Assembly (NCBI GenBank): GCA_947594845.1
Contig: CANQEI010000006.1
Span: 2,320-66,319 of the forward strand
Length of the DNA stretch: 64,000 nucleotides
Direction of reading: 5' to 3'
Origin: an uncultured Clostridia bacterium
GTDB taxonomy: Bacteria > Bacillota > Clostridia > TANB77 > CAG-508
Below the pieces are notes generated by a model. It made no database searches. It worked only from the letters and a program-made list of their open reading frames with translations, and was not told where the DNA came from. This document shows positions 9,843 through 18,280 of the stretch, one piece after another. The position numbers and the translations under genes are program-made. Position 1 is the first letter of the stretch. Each line of letters opens with the position of its first letter.

Positions 9843-10457
9843 GTGGAAATAATAAGAAAAATTATTAGTTTTATTTTAAAACCGATATGCTATATTTTAG
9901 CCTTAATTATATATAGAGTAAAAATAGAAGGACTTGAAAATGTCCCTAAAAATAGTGCTTGCGTAATATGTGGAAACCATGTGCATGCAATGGATGCACC
10001 TGTATTATTAGCTACGGCTAATAGAAAAATTAGATTTATGGCAAAAGAAGAGCTATGGAAAAGTATTGGATTTAGATTTATGGCTTTTTTGTATAAGGTT
10101 TTTCCAGTAAAGCGTGGAAAAAATGATTCAGAGGCAATAAAAGTAGCTTTTAAAATACTAAAAAATAATGAAATTTTAGGTATGTATCCTGAAGGAACAA
10201 GAAATGGTTTAGCAAGAAATATAAAACCTAAAAATGGTGCAGTTAATATTGCAATAAGGGCTAATGTACCAATTATTCCTTTTGGAGTTGATGGAACTTT
10301 TAAGCCTTTTAAAAAGGTTACATATAGATTTGGAAAACCATTGGATTTTTCAGAATATAAAGATAAAGTAAAAGATAAAGAAGTATTAGATAAACTTACA
10401 AAAGACGTTATGGATAAAGTGATTGAGTTAAGAGATAATAAAGTAAAAGAAGCATAA
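9843..10457 (+). CDS. plsC: 1-acyl-sn-glycerol-3-phosphate acyltransferase
   Basis: GTG start after AGGAG. HX4D motif 'NHVHAMDAP' and 'YPEGTR'. Confidence 0.85.
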   Translation: MEIIRKIISFILKPICYILALIIYRVKIEGLENVPKNSACVICGNHVHAMDAPVLLATANRKIRFMAKEELWKSIGFRFMAFLYKVFPVKRGKNDSEAIKVAFKILKNNEILGMYPEGTRNGLARNIKPKNGAVNIAIRANVPIIPFGVDGTFKPFKKVTYRFGKPLDFSEYKDKVKDKEVLDKLTKDVMDKVIELRDNKVKEA

Positions 10458-10486
10458 ATATAGTAAGCTAAAAATTAAATATAGAC

Positions 10487-10532
10487 AAATAAAGAAACTT
10501 AAAATACTTATTTTAGGTTTCTTTATTTTTAT
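10487..10532 (+). terminator. Rho-independent terminator after plsC
   Basis: Perfect 12-bp stem AAATAAAGAAAC (10487-10498) / GTTTCTTTATTT (10517-10528) followed by T residues. Confidence 0.7.
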
Positions 10533-10636
10533 ATTAGAAACAGAAATGTAAAAGAAATGTTATTGCTGTGAAATAGAATACTAAAAAAAATTATACTATA
10601 ATGGACTTAAAGTTTATTATAAGGAGAATTAGACTT

Positions 10637-10801
10637 ATGGATGAAGAAGAAATAGAACTAATGAAAAAAATTGATGAACAGTTAGAAATTAATAACCAGT
10701 TAGAAAGAGAAATTGAAGAAATAGATAGACAAATAGTTGACCATGAAATGAGTATAAGGCAAGCTAATGAAACATTGAAAAATATAAAAAAGGAATTTTA
10801 A
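10637..10801 (+). CDS. 54-aa acidic coiled-coil protein, unknown function
   Basis: AGGAG at 10622-10626 precedes ATG 10637. The track start at 10601 sits on a TATAAT-like box. The sequence is heptad-like and E/I/K-rich. Confidence 0.55.
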   Translation: MDEEEIELMKKIDEQLEINNQLEREIEEIDRQIVDHEMSIRQANETLKNIKKEF

Positions 10802-10803
10802 TA

Positions 10804-11124
10804 ATGAAAAATAATCAATTAACTGTCGTCCATGAAAATTTTTTCTCAAAGATAATAAACAAATTAAAAAATATATTTTGTAGAAAGAAAGTTCAAAATT
10901 CAAATAATAAAGTACAAGAAAATAAAGATTCAAAAGAAGAATTAATAAAAAAATTATCAAATTTGAAGGAAGAGCACATCGAACTACAAAATAAATATGA
11001 TGAATATATTATAAAATTGAAGGATGCTAGATTAAGAGAATTGAATTTAACTCTGAAAATATATCAAATGCAAGAATTTTATCTAAAAAAAATAAAAGAG
11101 GATAAACTTAATGCTTTAAAATAG
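10804..11124 (+). CDS. 106-aa coiled-coil protein with an N-terminal amphipathic basic helix, unknown function
   Basis: Starts 2 nt after the upstream stop. 'FFSKIINKLKNIFCRKK' is followed by a charged helical region. Confidence 0.6.
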   Translation: MKNNQLTVVHENFFSKIINKLKNIFCRKKVQNSNNKVQENKDSKEELIKKLSNLKEEHIELQNKYDEYIIKLKDARLRELNLTLKIYQMQEFYLKKIKEDKLNALK

Positions 11125-11135
11125 GAGTTTTATTA

Positions 11136-13571
11136 ATGAGTAAATATAATGAAAGAAAAATAAAATCAGCTGTAAAAAAGATAAAAGAATGTGTAGGGAA
11201 AGAATACAAAAATGCTATAGAAGAAGTTGCTAATGACTATTATGGTAATTATGATTCAGAAGAAAATGTTCTTTTAAGAGATTATTTAATGCAACAGGTT
11301 TTAAGATTACAGCCAGTTGCCAATTATGTAAGAAATAATCCAGATTTAAGTAGTATGAATTTACTACATATGAATTTTTACGAAATAATGCATTTGGCAA
11401 AATCTAAAAAAATGGTGGAATTACAAAATTGTGAAGAATTGGTAGATAGAGCTGTAATAGAAACAAAAGCATATTTGCAAAAAGATGAATTAAGAAATTG
11501 GAATGATAATAGTTCTGGAATTTATGATCCTAATAGCAATCTTCCATTTGGAAATTATTTAGTAAATGGTGTGCAAAATTTTATTTTTGCAAAACCAGAA
11601 GATACTTTAGATTCGTTGCTTATTTCAGCTAGATATTTTCGTAATTCAGGTTTATTAAGAAGATATAATATTTCTCTTTTTGGTGAGGATCCTTCTATTT
11701 CTAAAAATATTTCTAGAACTTTGATGGACTTATATCATTTAACACCAGAAATAGAAAAAAATATAATGCAAGATCCTAAAAAATTACTTATTTTAGAGAA
11801 AGTTTATGCTTCAATGAGTGAATTTAAGTATGAAAAAAGGTATTTAGATCATGAAATAGAGGCATTAAGAAAGAAATTCCCAGAATTAGAAGGGGATAAA
11901 TCTAAAAGTGTATTAGTATATAGAAGTGGAATTATAGGTTCTGATGGAAATATATCAGCTAAAAACAGATATGAAGAATATGATGAATTAGAACATATTC
12001 AAATGGGTTCTAAAAAATCTATTGAAACTCCTTTTATATCTGTAACAGAAAGTTCGTTAGTATTGCCTGTATATAACCTATCTAATAGAGATAGCAGATC
12101 TGAACAGGAAGTCCCAATGATAATAGATATAAGGAAAATATATGAATTATTATTAAAACGACAAAAAGAATTAGAGACAACAGACTTTCAATATGATGGG
12201 GAAAGTGATTTATTAGAAATATTGGCTGATGAAATTGATTATTCAGATGATATACATCAATATAAATTAATTGAAAGATTAGAAAAAATAGATTTATTAG
12301 AAAGCTATGAAAAACGTTTAGATTTACCAGAGGGATTTTTTGATAGAGAAGAGATTCCAACAGGATTAGCAGGTCAGACTAGAAATTATGCTTTTTCATC
12401 TGCTGAATTATTATTTAAGTCTTCTATACCACAAGAGGCTGTAACAGTAATAAATCCAATGCTAATGGATGTATTAGTAAGCTTATCTAATATTCCAAGC
12501 AAGGATAATATGACAAGTGAAAGCACAAAGATACAAGAAATAAAAAATGATTTATTGAAGAATATAGTAAGTAAAAAATTAATGCCTCAAGCAATTAATG
12601 AGGCAATTGCTAATAATCCGGATAAGTTTGGGTTAAATAATGTAGAGGCAGAATTTTTAGAAAGATTTTATATTCAAGAAGAATCTACTAGTAATTATCT
12701 TCATGTGCCTGCTTTAGAAGATGCATTAACAAAAGATGAAAAGGATAAGGTAGATACTTTAATTGCAATATCTGCTAGAGATATAGGTACTTTAGCTGAA
12801 AAAAATATATCTATAGATAATGCTGGTAATCTTAAACTAAGAATAATTTCGGAGCTTGAAGCTGCAGGTGTCATGACTAAAGGAGAAATACGATTAATTG
12901 AAATGGGAACGAAGTTAAAAGATATAGATGCTTTAAGATATAGAGAAATGGAAATGGGATTTAGAACTGATGTAATAAGAAAATTGTTGTCAAATGATGA
13001 TTTTTTAGATTATATTGGTATAGATTTAAAAAAGTATAATTTATCAAAAGAAGCTTTTATGAATTTATTAGGAAATTTAGTACAGGTATCTACAGAAAAA
13101 CCTGTTCCTAAACATGCTAGATACGATAGAATGGGTGCAGAAACAGTTACAGAAAATCAAGAAAATGAAATTTATAAGATGGCAAAAGATAGAGCCAAAG
13201 TTAAAGGAATAATAAGTGGTGATGGGCTAGTTTTTGTTACTTCTGAGGAATTTGCTAGTAAATTAAAAGTTGATAATGCTAAAACTGATGCAACGGTAAG
13301 AAATGCTAAAACAGTTCCAGAGGGATTAGAAACTGATTTACAAAGTGGAACAGGGACAATACTTTCTAAACATTATTATGTAACTTCTGATACGAAACAA
13401 GAACGTTATGGAGGACCTGATATACGTTATTCTAAATTGAACAGAGGAATGGATATAATTCTTCCATTTGGAATAGCTTATAGATCGAAAACGGCGGCTG
13501 ATAAATTAAGAAGAACTGCAATGTATTTCTTAAGAGAAGATAGACAAAATATAGAACAGGCAACAAAGTGA
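11136..13571 (+). CDS. 811-aa cytoplasmic protein with no recognisable family
   Basis: Long uninterrupted ORF tightly following the two small genes. It has no signal peptide or TM segment, and I could not recognise Walker, HExxH or nuclease motifs. Confidence 0.8.
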   Translation: MSKYNERKIKSAVKKIKECVGKEYKNAIEEVANDYYGNYDSEENVLLRDYLMQQVLRLQPVANYVRNNPDLSSMNLLHMNFYEIMHLAKSKKMVELQNCEELVDRAVIETKAYLQKDELRNWNDNSSGIYDPNSNLPFGNYLVNGVQNFIFAKPEDTLDSLLISARYFRNSGLLRRYNISLFGEDPSISKNISRTLMDLYHLTPEIEKNIMQDPKKLLILEKVYASMSEFKYEKRYLDHEIEALRKKFPELEGDKSKSVLVYRSGIIGSDGNISAKNRYEEYDELEHIQMGSKKSIETPFISVTESSLVLPVYNLSNRDSRSEQEVPMIIDIRKIYELLLKRQKELETTDFQYDGESDLLEILADEIDYSDDIHQYKLIERLEKIDLLESYEKRLDLPEGFFDREEIPTGLAGQTRNYAFSSAELLFKSSIPQEAVTVINPMLMDVLVSLSNIPSKDNMTSESTKIQEIKNDLLKNIVSKKLMPQAINEAIANNPDKFGLNNVEAEFLERFYIQEESTSNYLHVPALEDALTKDEKDKVDTLIAISARDIGTLAEKNISIDNAGNLKLRIISELEAAGVMTKGEIRLIEMGTKLKDIDALRYREMEMGFRTDVIRKLLSNDDFLDYIGIDLKKYNLSKEAFMNLLGNLVQVSTEKPVPKHARYDRMGAETVTENQENEIYKMAKDRAKVKGIISGDGLVFVTSEEFASKLKVDNAKTDATVRNAKTVPEGLETDLQSGTGTILSKHYYVTSDTKQERYGGPDIRYSKLNRGMDIILPFGIAYRSKTAADKLRRTAMYFLREDRQNIEQATK

Positions 13572-13575
13572 ATAC

Positions 13576-13604
13576 TTGAAAAATAGACCCAAATATGGTA
13601 TAAT
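13576..13604 (+). promoter_or_regulatory. Sigma-A-type promoter with extended -10
   Basis: TTGAAA (13576-13581), 17-nt spacer, TGgTATAAT (13596-13604). Confidence 0.6.
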
Positions 13605-13648
13605 AAATTGATTGCATAGGCAATTATTTTAAAAGGAGGGAACCATAC

Positions 13649-13951
13649 ATGTATACGGACAAACAAGCAGAAATCATTGAACGTATCCAAAAAAATTTTT
13701 ACGAAATTTGCAACCAGAAAGGAGTGCCAAATCCAGCCAATACCATTGCTTACGAGCGAGACATTTCTTTACTTTGTAGTGACGAATTTTTTACTCCAGA
13801 GGTTTTGAATTTTGCAATGGATTTGATGTGGAAATTGTCTGACCAACGAGAGAAAAATGATACAATGAATCTTGCCATGTTAGAAGAAATGACCTATGCT
13901 AATTTCCGAATTGGACCTTCCTATAATGAAAAAGAAGGGAATCCAAGCTAA
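13649..13951 (+). CDS. 100-aa hypothetical protein in the higher-GC block
   Basis: AAAGGAGGG RBS. Higher G+C than the surroundings. Has its own promoter and terminator. Confidence 0.65.
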   Translation: MYTDKQAEIIERIQKNFYEICNQKGVPNPANTIAYERDISLLCSDEFFTPEVLNFAMDLMWKLSDQREKNDTMNLAMLEEMTYANFRIGPSYNEKEGNPS

Positions 13952-13964
13952 AGATTCTCGCAAA

Positions 13965-14001
13965 AGGTGGCTGACCCCAAAAGGTCAGCCTTCCTTTTTT
14001 T
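13965..14001 (+). terminator. Rho-independent terminator (GC-rich stem)
   Basis: GGCTGACC (13969-13976) / GGTCAGCC (13983-13990), followed by TTCCTTTTTTT. Confidence 0.8.
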
Positions 14002-14107
14002 ATAACAATGCTAGTATATTATTTATAAAAATTTTGACATAAGGTGTAGATTTTAGAAAAATCGAATGAGAGATAGAATTTATTCAATGTTCTGGTATGT
14101 AGTTAAA

Positions 14108-14136
14108 TTGACTTTAAATAACGAAAATGGTATAAT
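14108..14136 (+). promoter_or_regulatory. Sigma-A-type promoter with extended -10
   Basis: TTGACT (14108-14113), 17-nt spacer, TGgTATAAT (14128-14136). Confidence 0.6.
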
Positions 14137-14184
14137 TATTATGTAAAACTGCATGCAAAAATTCAGAAGAGGAGATGAAACTCA

Positions 14185-14811
14185 ATGGCACAGAGATTAG
14201 CTTTCTATGTTAGGGAACAAAAGGTTTATGCAAAGATGGTTGATTTCGAATGGGTTCCCGGTTTGAGTGTGACTCAGAAGAAAAAATCCATCGCAAATTT
14301 ACATGGAAAACTTGATGGCATGGCACTTGAGGTAAGCACCAAAAGCAGTGAAAACATTGGATTAAAGCTGAGTGCATTCAACTTACACCTGGATGGAAGT
14401 GCACTTGAAAATGTTTTTCAATCCTCAAAATGCTTTACGATGGGAGGACCGTATAGAGATTTGTTAACTGTTTCCCCTAAAGAAGCAAAGCGGGATGAAA
14501 GGCTAAAGTCCTCTGGACGTTTGATTGGTTTTAACTACAATGATGAGATGTGGAAATTGGAGCCCAAAACGGCTTTTTATGACTACATATACATCAAAGC
14601 AGTAAAGGAATCTATTGAACCGGAAGAAATTCAACAAGTGATGAACTATGAATATTTCACGGATATAGAATTTAATCCTAAAAAATCAATCAATACTCAA
14701 CAGAGGAGTGTCGCTATCATCAAAGCTATGTTACAAATGTGGGGAAAAATTCCTGAAGAAATGAACAGAACAGATTTCCTTGCGTTTCACCGCTACATCG
14801 TGAGAGCATGA
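14185..14811 (+). CDS. 208-aa hypothetical protein in the higher-GC block
   Basis: GAGGAG RBS. G+C about 40% on sampled lines. I recognise no family motif. Confidence 0.7.
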   Translation: MAQRLAFYVREQKVYAKMVDFEWVPGLSVTQKKKSIANLHGKLDGMALEVSTKSSENIGLKLSAFNLHLDGSALENVFQSSKCFTMGGPYRDLLTVSPKEAKRDERLKSSGRLIGFNYNDEMWKLEPKTAFYDYIYIKAVKESIEPEEIQQVMNYEYFTDIEFNPKKSINTQQRSVAIIKAMLQMWGKIPEEMNRTDFLAFHRYIVRA

Positions 14812-14852
14812 AAAAGGAAGGGAAGGGCACAATGCCCTTCTTTTCCTTTTTT
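14812..14852 (+). terminator. Rho-independent terminator (GC-rich stem)
   Basis: AAAAGGAAGGGAAGGGC / GCCCTTCTTTTCCTTTT with loop ACAAT, followed by TT. Confidence 0.8.
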
Positions 14853-14897
14853 ATAGACTAAACTTGTAATTTGAGTTTTTAAATATAATAAAATCGC

Positions 14898-14926
14898 TTG
14901 ACATTGTAAAAATACTGATGTATAAT
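14898..14926 (+). promoter_or_regulatory. Consensus sigma-A promoter for rpmF
   Basis: TTGACA (14898-14903), 17-nt spacer, TATAAT (14921-14926). Confidence 0.7.
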
Positions 14927-14997
14927 CTTTAATGTTACTGAAACTGTAAGAAATTAATATGTATATAAATACTAGAAATAGCAAGGAGGGAATATAA

Positions 14998-15186
14998 ATG
15001 GCACAACCAAAAAGAAGATGGTCTAAAGCTAGAACAGGTTTAAAAAGATCAACTTGGAAAATTGAAGAAAAGAATTTAGCTACTTGTCCACATTGCCACG
15101 AACCAGTTATGCAACATAGAGTATGTTCAAATTGTGGATATTATAATGGTAAAGAAGTAGTAGCAGTTAAAACAGATAAAAAATAA
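14998..15186 (+). CDS. rpmF: 50S ribosomal protein L32
   Basis: 'MAQPKRRWSKARTG' N-terminus and the CPHC...CSNCG zinc-knuckle form of L32. Confidence 0.95.
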   Translation: MAQPKRRWSKARTGLKRSTWKIEEKNLATCPHCHEPVMQHRVCSNCGYYNGKEVVAVKTDKK

Positions 15187-15196
15187 AATAAAAAAA

Positions 15197-15226
15197 GGAA
15201 CACATTGCATATGTGTTTTTTTTTTG
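15197..15226 (+). terminator. Rho-independent terminator after rpmF
   Basis: GAACACAT / ATGTGTT stem followed by a run of about 10 T. Confidence 0.7.
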
Positions 15227-15320
15227 CCTAAAATAAAAAGCATTTTGGTTGAAATTTGTATAAATATATTATAAAATGTATTTGCTTATGAAAATAGTTT
15301 TACTTAGAAAGGAATAAAAA

Positions 15321-16649
15321 ATGGCTAAACCAGTAGTTGCTATTGTTGGAAGACCAAATGTTGGAAAATCTACATTTTTTAATTACATAGTAGGTCAAAG
15401 AATCTCTATAGTAGAAGATACTCCAGGAGTTACAAGAGATAGAGTTTATGCAGAGTCAAGTTGGAGAGGTAGAGATTTTACTGTGATTGATACTGCAGGG
15501 ATAGAAGAATTAACAGGTGATGTTATTGAAAATCAAATGAGAGAACAAGTTGATATTGCTATATCAGTTGCAGATGTAATAATATTTTTGACAGATATTC
15601 GTCAAGGTGTTACTTCTGCTGATGAAGAAATAGCAATATTATTAAAAAAGGCTAAAAAACCTGTTGTTCTTGTATGTAATAAAGCAGATAATTTTGGTAA
15701 AACTCCTGATGATATATATGAATTTTATAATTTAGGACTTGGAAATCCAATTCCTCTTTCTGCAACAAATGCTATTGGAGTTGGAGATGTTTTAGATGCT
15801 ATATATGAAAATTTTCCAGAAGAAAAGGACGACGATTCTGATCCAGAAGTTATAAAAGTTGCTATTATAGGAAAGCCTAATGTTGGAAAATCTTCTTTAG
15901 TAAATAAAATATTAGGAGAAAATAGAGTTATTGTAAGTGATGTCGCAGGCACGACTCGTGATGCTATAGATTCAGAATTTCAAAATGAACTTGGGAAATA
16001 CATCTTTATAGATACAGCAGGAATTAGAAGAAAAAGTAAAGTAAAAGAAAATATTGAAAAATACAGTGTAATGAGATCTAATTTGGCTATAGAAAGAGCT
16101 GATGTTTGTATTATGATGATTGATGCAACAGAAGGAATATCTGAGCAAGATTCTAAAATAATTGGTGAAGCTCATGAAGCTGGAAAAGGAATTATTATTG
16201 CGGTAAATAAATGGGATGAAGTTGCAAAAGACAATCGTACTACTGAGAAGTTTAAAAAAGAAATATATAATGAATTACCTTTTGCTACATATGCACCAAT
16301 AATTTTTATTTCAGCTAAAACTGGTCAAAGAGTAAATAATTTGTTTGAATTAATTAATAATGTTGCAAGTCAGAATGCATTAAGAATATCTACTGCTGTT
16401 TTGAATCAAGTTATAAATGAGGCTATTGCTGTTGTTCAACCACCTACAGACAAAGGAAAACGTCTTAAAATATTTTATGGTACGCAGGCAACAACTAAAC
16501 CACCAACTTTTGTTATTTTTGTTAATAAAAAAGAATTATTTCATTTTTCATATGAAAGATATTTAGTAAATTGCATAAGAAATAATTTTGGTTTGGAGGG
16601 AACTCCAGTTAGAATAATTGTGCGTGAAAGAAAAGAAAAGGAGGAATAG
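15321..16649 (+). CDS. der: Ribosome-associated GTPase Der/EngA
   Basis: Two tandem GTPase domains ('GRPNVGKST', 'GKPNVGKSS', DTAG, NKxD) plus a KH-like C-terminus. Confidence 0.96.
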   Translation: MAKPVVAIVGRPNVGKSTFFNYIVGQRISIVEDTPGVTRDRVYAESSWRGRDFTVIDTAGIEELTGDVIENQMREQVDIAISVADVIIFLTDIRQGVTSADEEIAILLKKAKKPVVLVCNKADNFGKTPDDIYEFYNLGLGNPIPLSATNAIGVGDVLDAIYENFPEEKDDDSDPEVIKVAIIGKPNVGKSSLVNKILGENRVIVSDVAGTTRDAIDSEFQNELGKYIFIDTAGIRRKSKVKENIEKYSVMRSNLAIERADVCIMMIDATEGISEQDSKIIGEAHEAGKGIIIAVNKWDEVAKDNRTTEKFKKEIYNELPFATYAPIIFISAKTGQRVNNLFELINNVASQNALRISTAVLNQVINEAIAVVQPPTDKGKRLKIFYGTQATTKPPTFVIFVNKKELFHFSYERYLVNCIRNNFGLEGTPVRIIVRERKEKEE

Positions 16650-16651
16650 AT

Positions 16652-17266
16652 ATGGCAATATATATATTAGTAATATTAGTTTCATATCTTATAGGTAGCA
16701 TTAGTTTTTCTGTAATTTTTACAAAAAGATTAGCAGGTTTTGATGTAAGAGAAAAAGGCAGTGGAAATGCAGGTAGTACAAATGTACTTCGTACAGCAGG
16801 AAAAGGAATTGCAGCATTAACTCTTGTGTGTGACATATTAAAAGGAGTAGTAGCTGTTTTATTAGCAAAAATTATTGGAGCAATAGATGGAGTAGAACAT
16901 CCTGAATATTTAGTTCAAATAGCTGGATTAATGGTTGTAATTGGACATACTTTTCCTATATTTTTTAAATTTAAAGGTGGAAAAGGTGTTGCTACAAGTT
17001 TAGGGATTATATTACTAATTAATTGGCAAATAGGATTGATATGTTTAGTATTTGCACTAGTATTAATGATATTAACTAGAATGGTTTCTTTAGGTTCTGT
17101 TGCAGCAGCTATTTTATTTCCGGTATTAACTATATTCATTACAGAAAATTATATTGTTCCAGGAGATTATAAAATTTTTGGAATTTTATTAGGAATATTT
17201 GTATGCTTTAATCATAGAAGTAATATAAAAAGACTTCTTAAAGGTACAGAAAATAAATTATGGTAA
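16652..17266 (+). CDS. plsY: Glycerol-3-phosphate acyltransferase PlsY
   Basis: 'GSGNAGSTNVLR' and 'FKGGKGVAT' in a multi-TM protein. Sits in the conserved der-plsY-gpsA order. Confidence 0.95.
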   Translation: MAIYILVILVSYLIGSISFSVIFTKRLAGFDVREKGSGNAGSTNVLRTAGKGIAALTLVCDILKGVVAVLLAKIIGAIDGVEHPEYLVQIAGLMVVIGHTFPIFFKFKGGKGVATSLGIILLINWQIGLICLVFALVLMILTRMVSLGSVAAAILFPVLTIFITENYIVPGDYKIFGILLGIFVCFNHRSNIKRLLKGTENKLW

Positions 17267-17285
17267 AGCGAAAGGAAAAAATTAT

Positions 17286-18269
17286 ATGAAAAAAATTGCA
17301 ATTATAGGGAGTGGCAGTTGGGGAGTAGCCCTTGCTATTTATTTAGCTAATCAAGGAAATGATATTAAACTTTGGTCTTTTTCTGAAGAAGAAAAAGATT
17401 TAATAAATAACGAAAAGAGATGTAAATTTCTAAAAGATGTAGTTATACCAGAACATGTTTATTGTTCTACAAATATGGAAGAAGTTATTGATGATACTGA
17501 GATAATTTTTCATGTAACTCCATCTAAATTTACAAGAAATGTAGTAAAACAGTATAAACCTTATATTAAAGAACAACCTGTTATTATTTGTTCAAAAGGA
17601 TTTGAATCAGAAACATTAAAAACACTAGATGATGTCTTAGAAGAAGAACTTCCAAATAATAAAATTGGTGTTCTTTCTGGACCAAGTCATGCAGAAGAAG
17701 TATCAATTTCAATACCTACAGCTTTAGTTGCTGCTTCAAAACATACAGAATTATCTGATTATGTTGTAGATCTTTTTAAGAGTGATATAATGAGACTTTA
17801 TACTTCTACAGATGTAAAAGGAGTTGAATTGGGAGGAGCTCTTAAAAACATTATTGCTTTTTGCGCAGGAGTTTCTGCTGGATTAGAATTAGGAGATAAC
17901 TCTTTTGCTGCATTGTTAACTAGAGGATTAGTAGAAATTTCTAGATTAGGAACAGCATTAGGAGGAAAGAAAGAAACTTTTTATGGATTAAGTGGTCTTG
18001 GAGATTTAATTGTTACTTGCGGAAGTTTACATAGTAGAAATAGAAAAGCTGGCTTTTTAATTGGAAAAGGATATACTATTGAAGAAACTAGAAAAGAAGT
18101 TGGAATGACAATAGAAAGCATAGATAACATAGAAGTTGCATATAAACTTGCTAAAATGCATAACATAGAAGTACCAATTATTAATACTGTTTATGAAGTA
18201 TTATTTAATAAATTAGATCCTAGAGAGGCTGTAACAATGCTTATGACTAGAGATCTAAAAGAAGAGTAA
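17286..18269 (+). CDS. gpsA: NAD(P)H-dependent glycerol-3-phosphate dehydrogenase
   Basis: 'IGSGSWGVALA' and 'GALKNIIAF'. Confidence 0.95.
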   Translation: MKKIAIIGSGSWGVALAIYLANQGNDIKLWSFSEEEKDLINNEKRCKFLKDVVIPEHVYCSTNMEEVIDDTEIIFHVTPSKFTRNVVKQYKPYIKEQPVIICSKGFESETLKTLDDVLEEELPNNKIGVLSGPSHAEEVSISIPTALVAASKHTELSDYVVDLFKSDIMRLYTSTDVKGVELGGALKNIIAFCAGVSAGLELGDNSFAALLTRGLVEISRLGTALGGKKETFYGLSGLGDLIVTCGSLHSRNRKAGFLIGKGYTIEETRKEVGMTIESIDNIEVAYKLAKMHNIEVPIINTVYEVLFNKLDPREAVTMLMTRDLKEE

Positions 18270-18280
18270 AGGATGGTTTT

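Noticed and set aside
10601-10636. ORF-track start at 10601 for the first coiled-coil gene.
   Set aside because: The ATG sits directly on a TATAAT-like box and has no Shine-Dalgarno. The in-frame ATG at 10637 is preceded by AGGAG at the right distance.
10487-13571. Interpretation of the coiled-coil/coiled-coil/811-aa operon as a bona fide LXG-type type VII secretion toxin locus.
   Set aside because: The 811-aa N-terminus shows no LXG-like motif. The small proteins have no WXG motif. No essC, esaA or esxA genes occur in the 64 kb. The idea is kept only as an architectural analogy in the findings.
14767-14790. A HEPN-like Rx4-6H motif (R-TDFLAF-H) at the C-terminus of the 208-aa protein, considered as a clue to an RNase toxin.
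   Set aside because: Only 6 residues follow the His, which is too few for the final HEPN helix. The spacing is at the extreme of the motif, and the N-terminal part does not look all-helical. It is probably chance.
14793-14984. 63-aa minus-strand ORF between the 208-aa gene and rpmF.
   Set aside because: It runs through the GC-rich terminator hairpin and the consensus rpmF promoter. Regulatory DNA is the more parsimonious reading.
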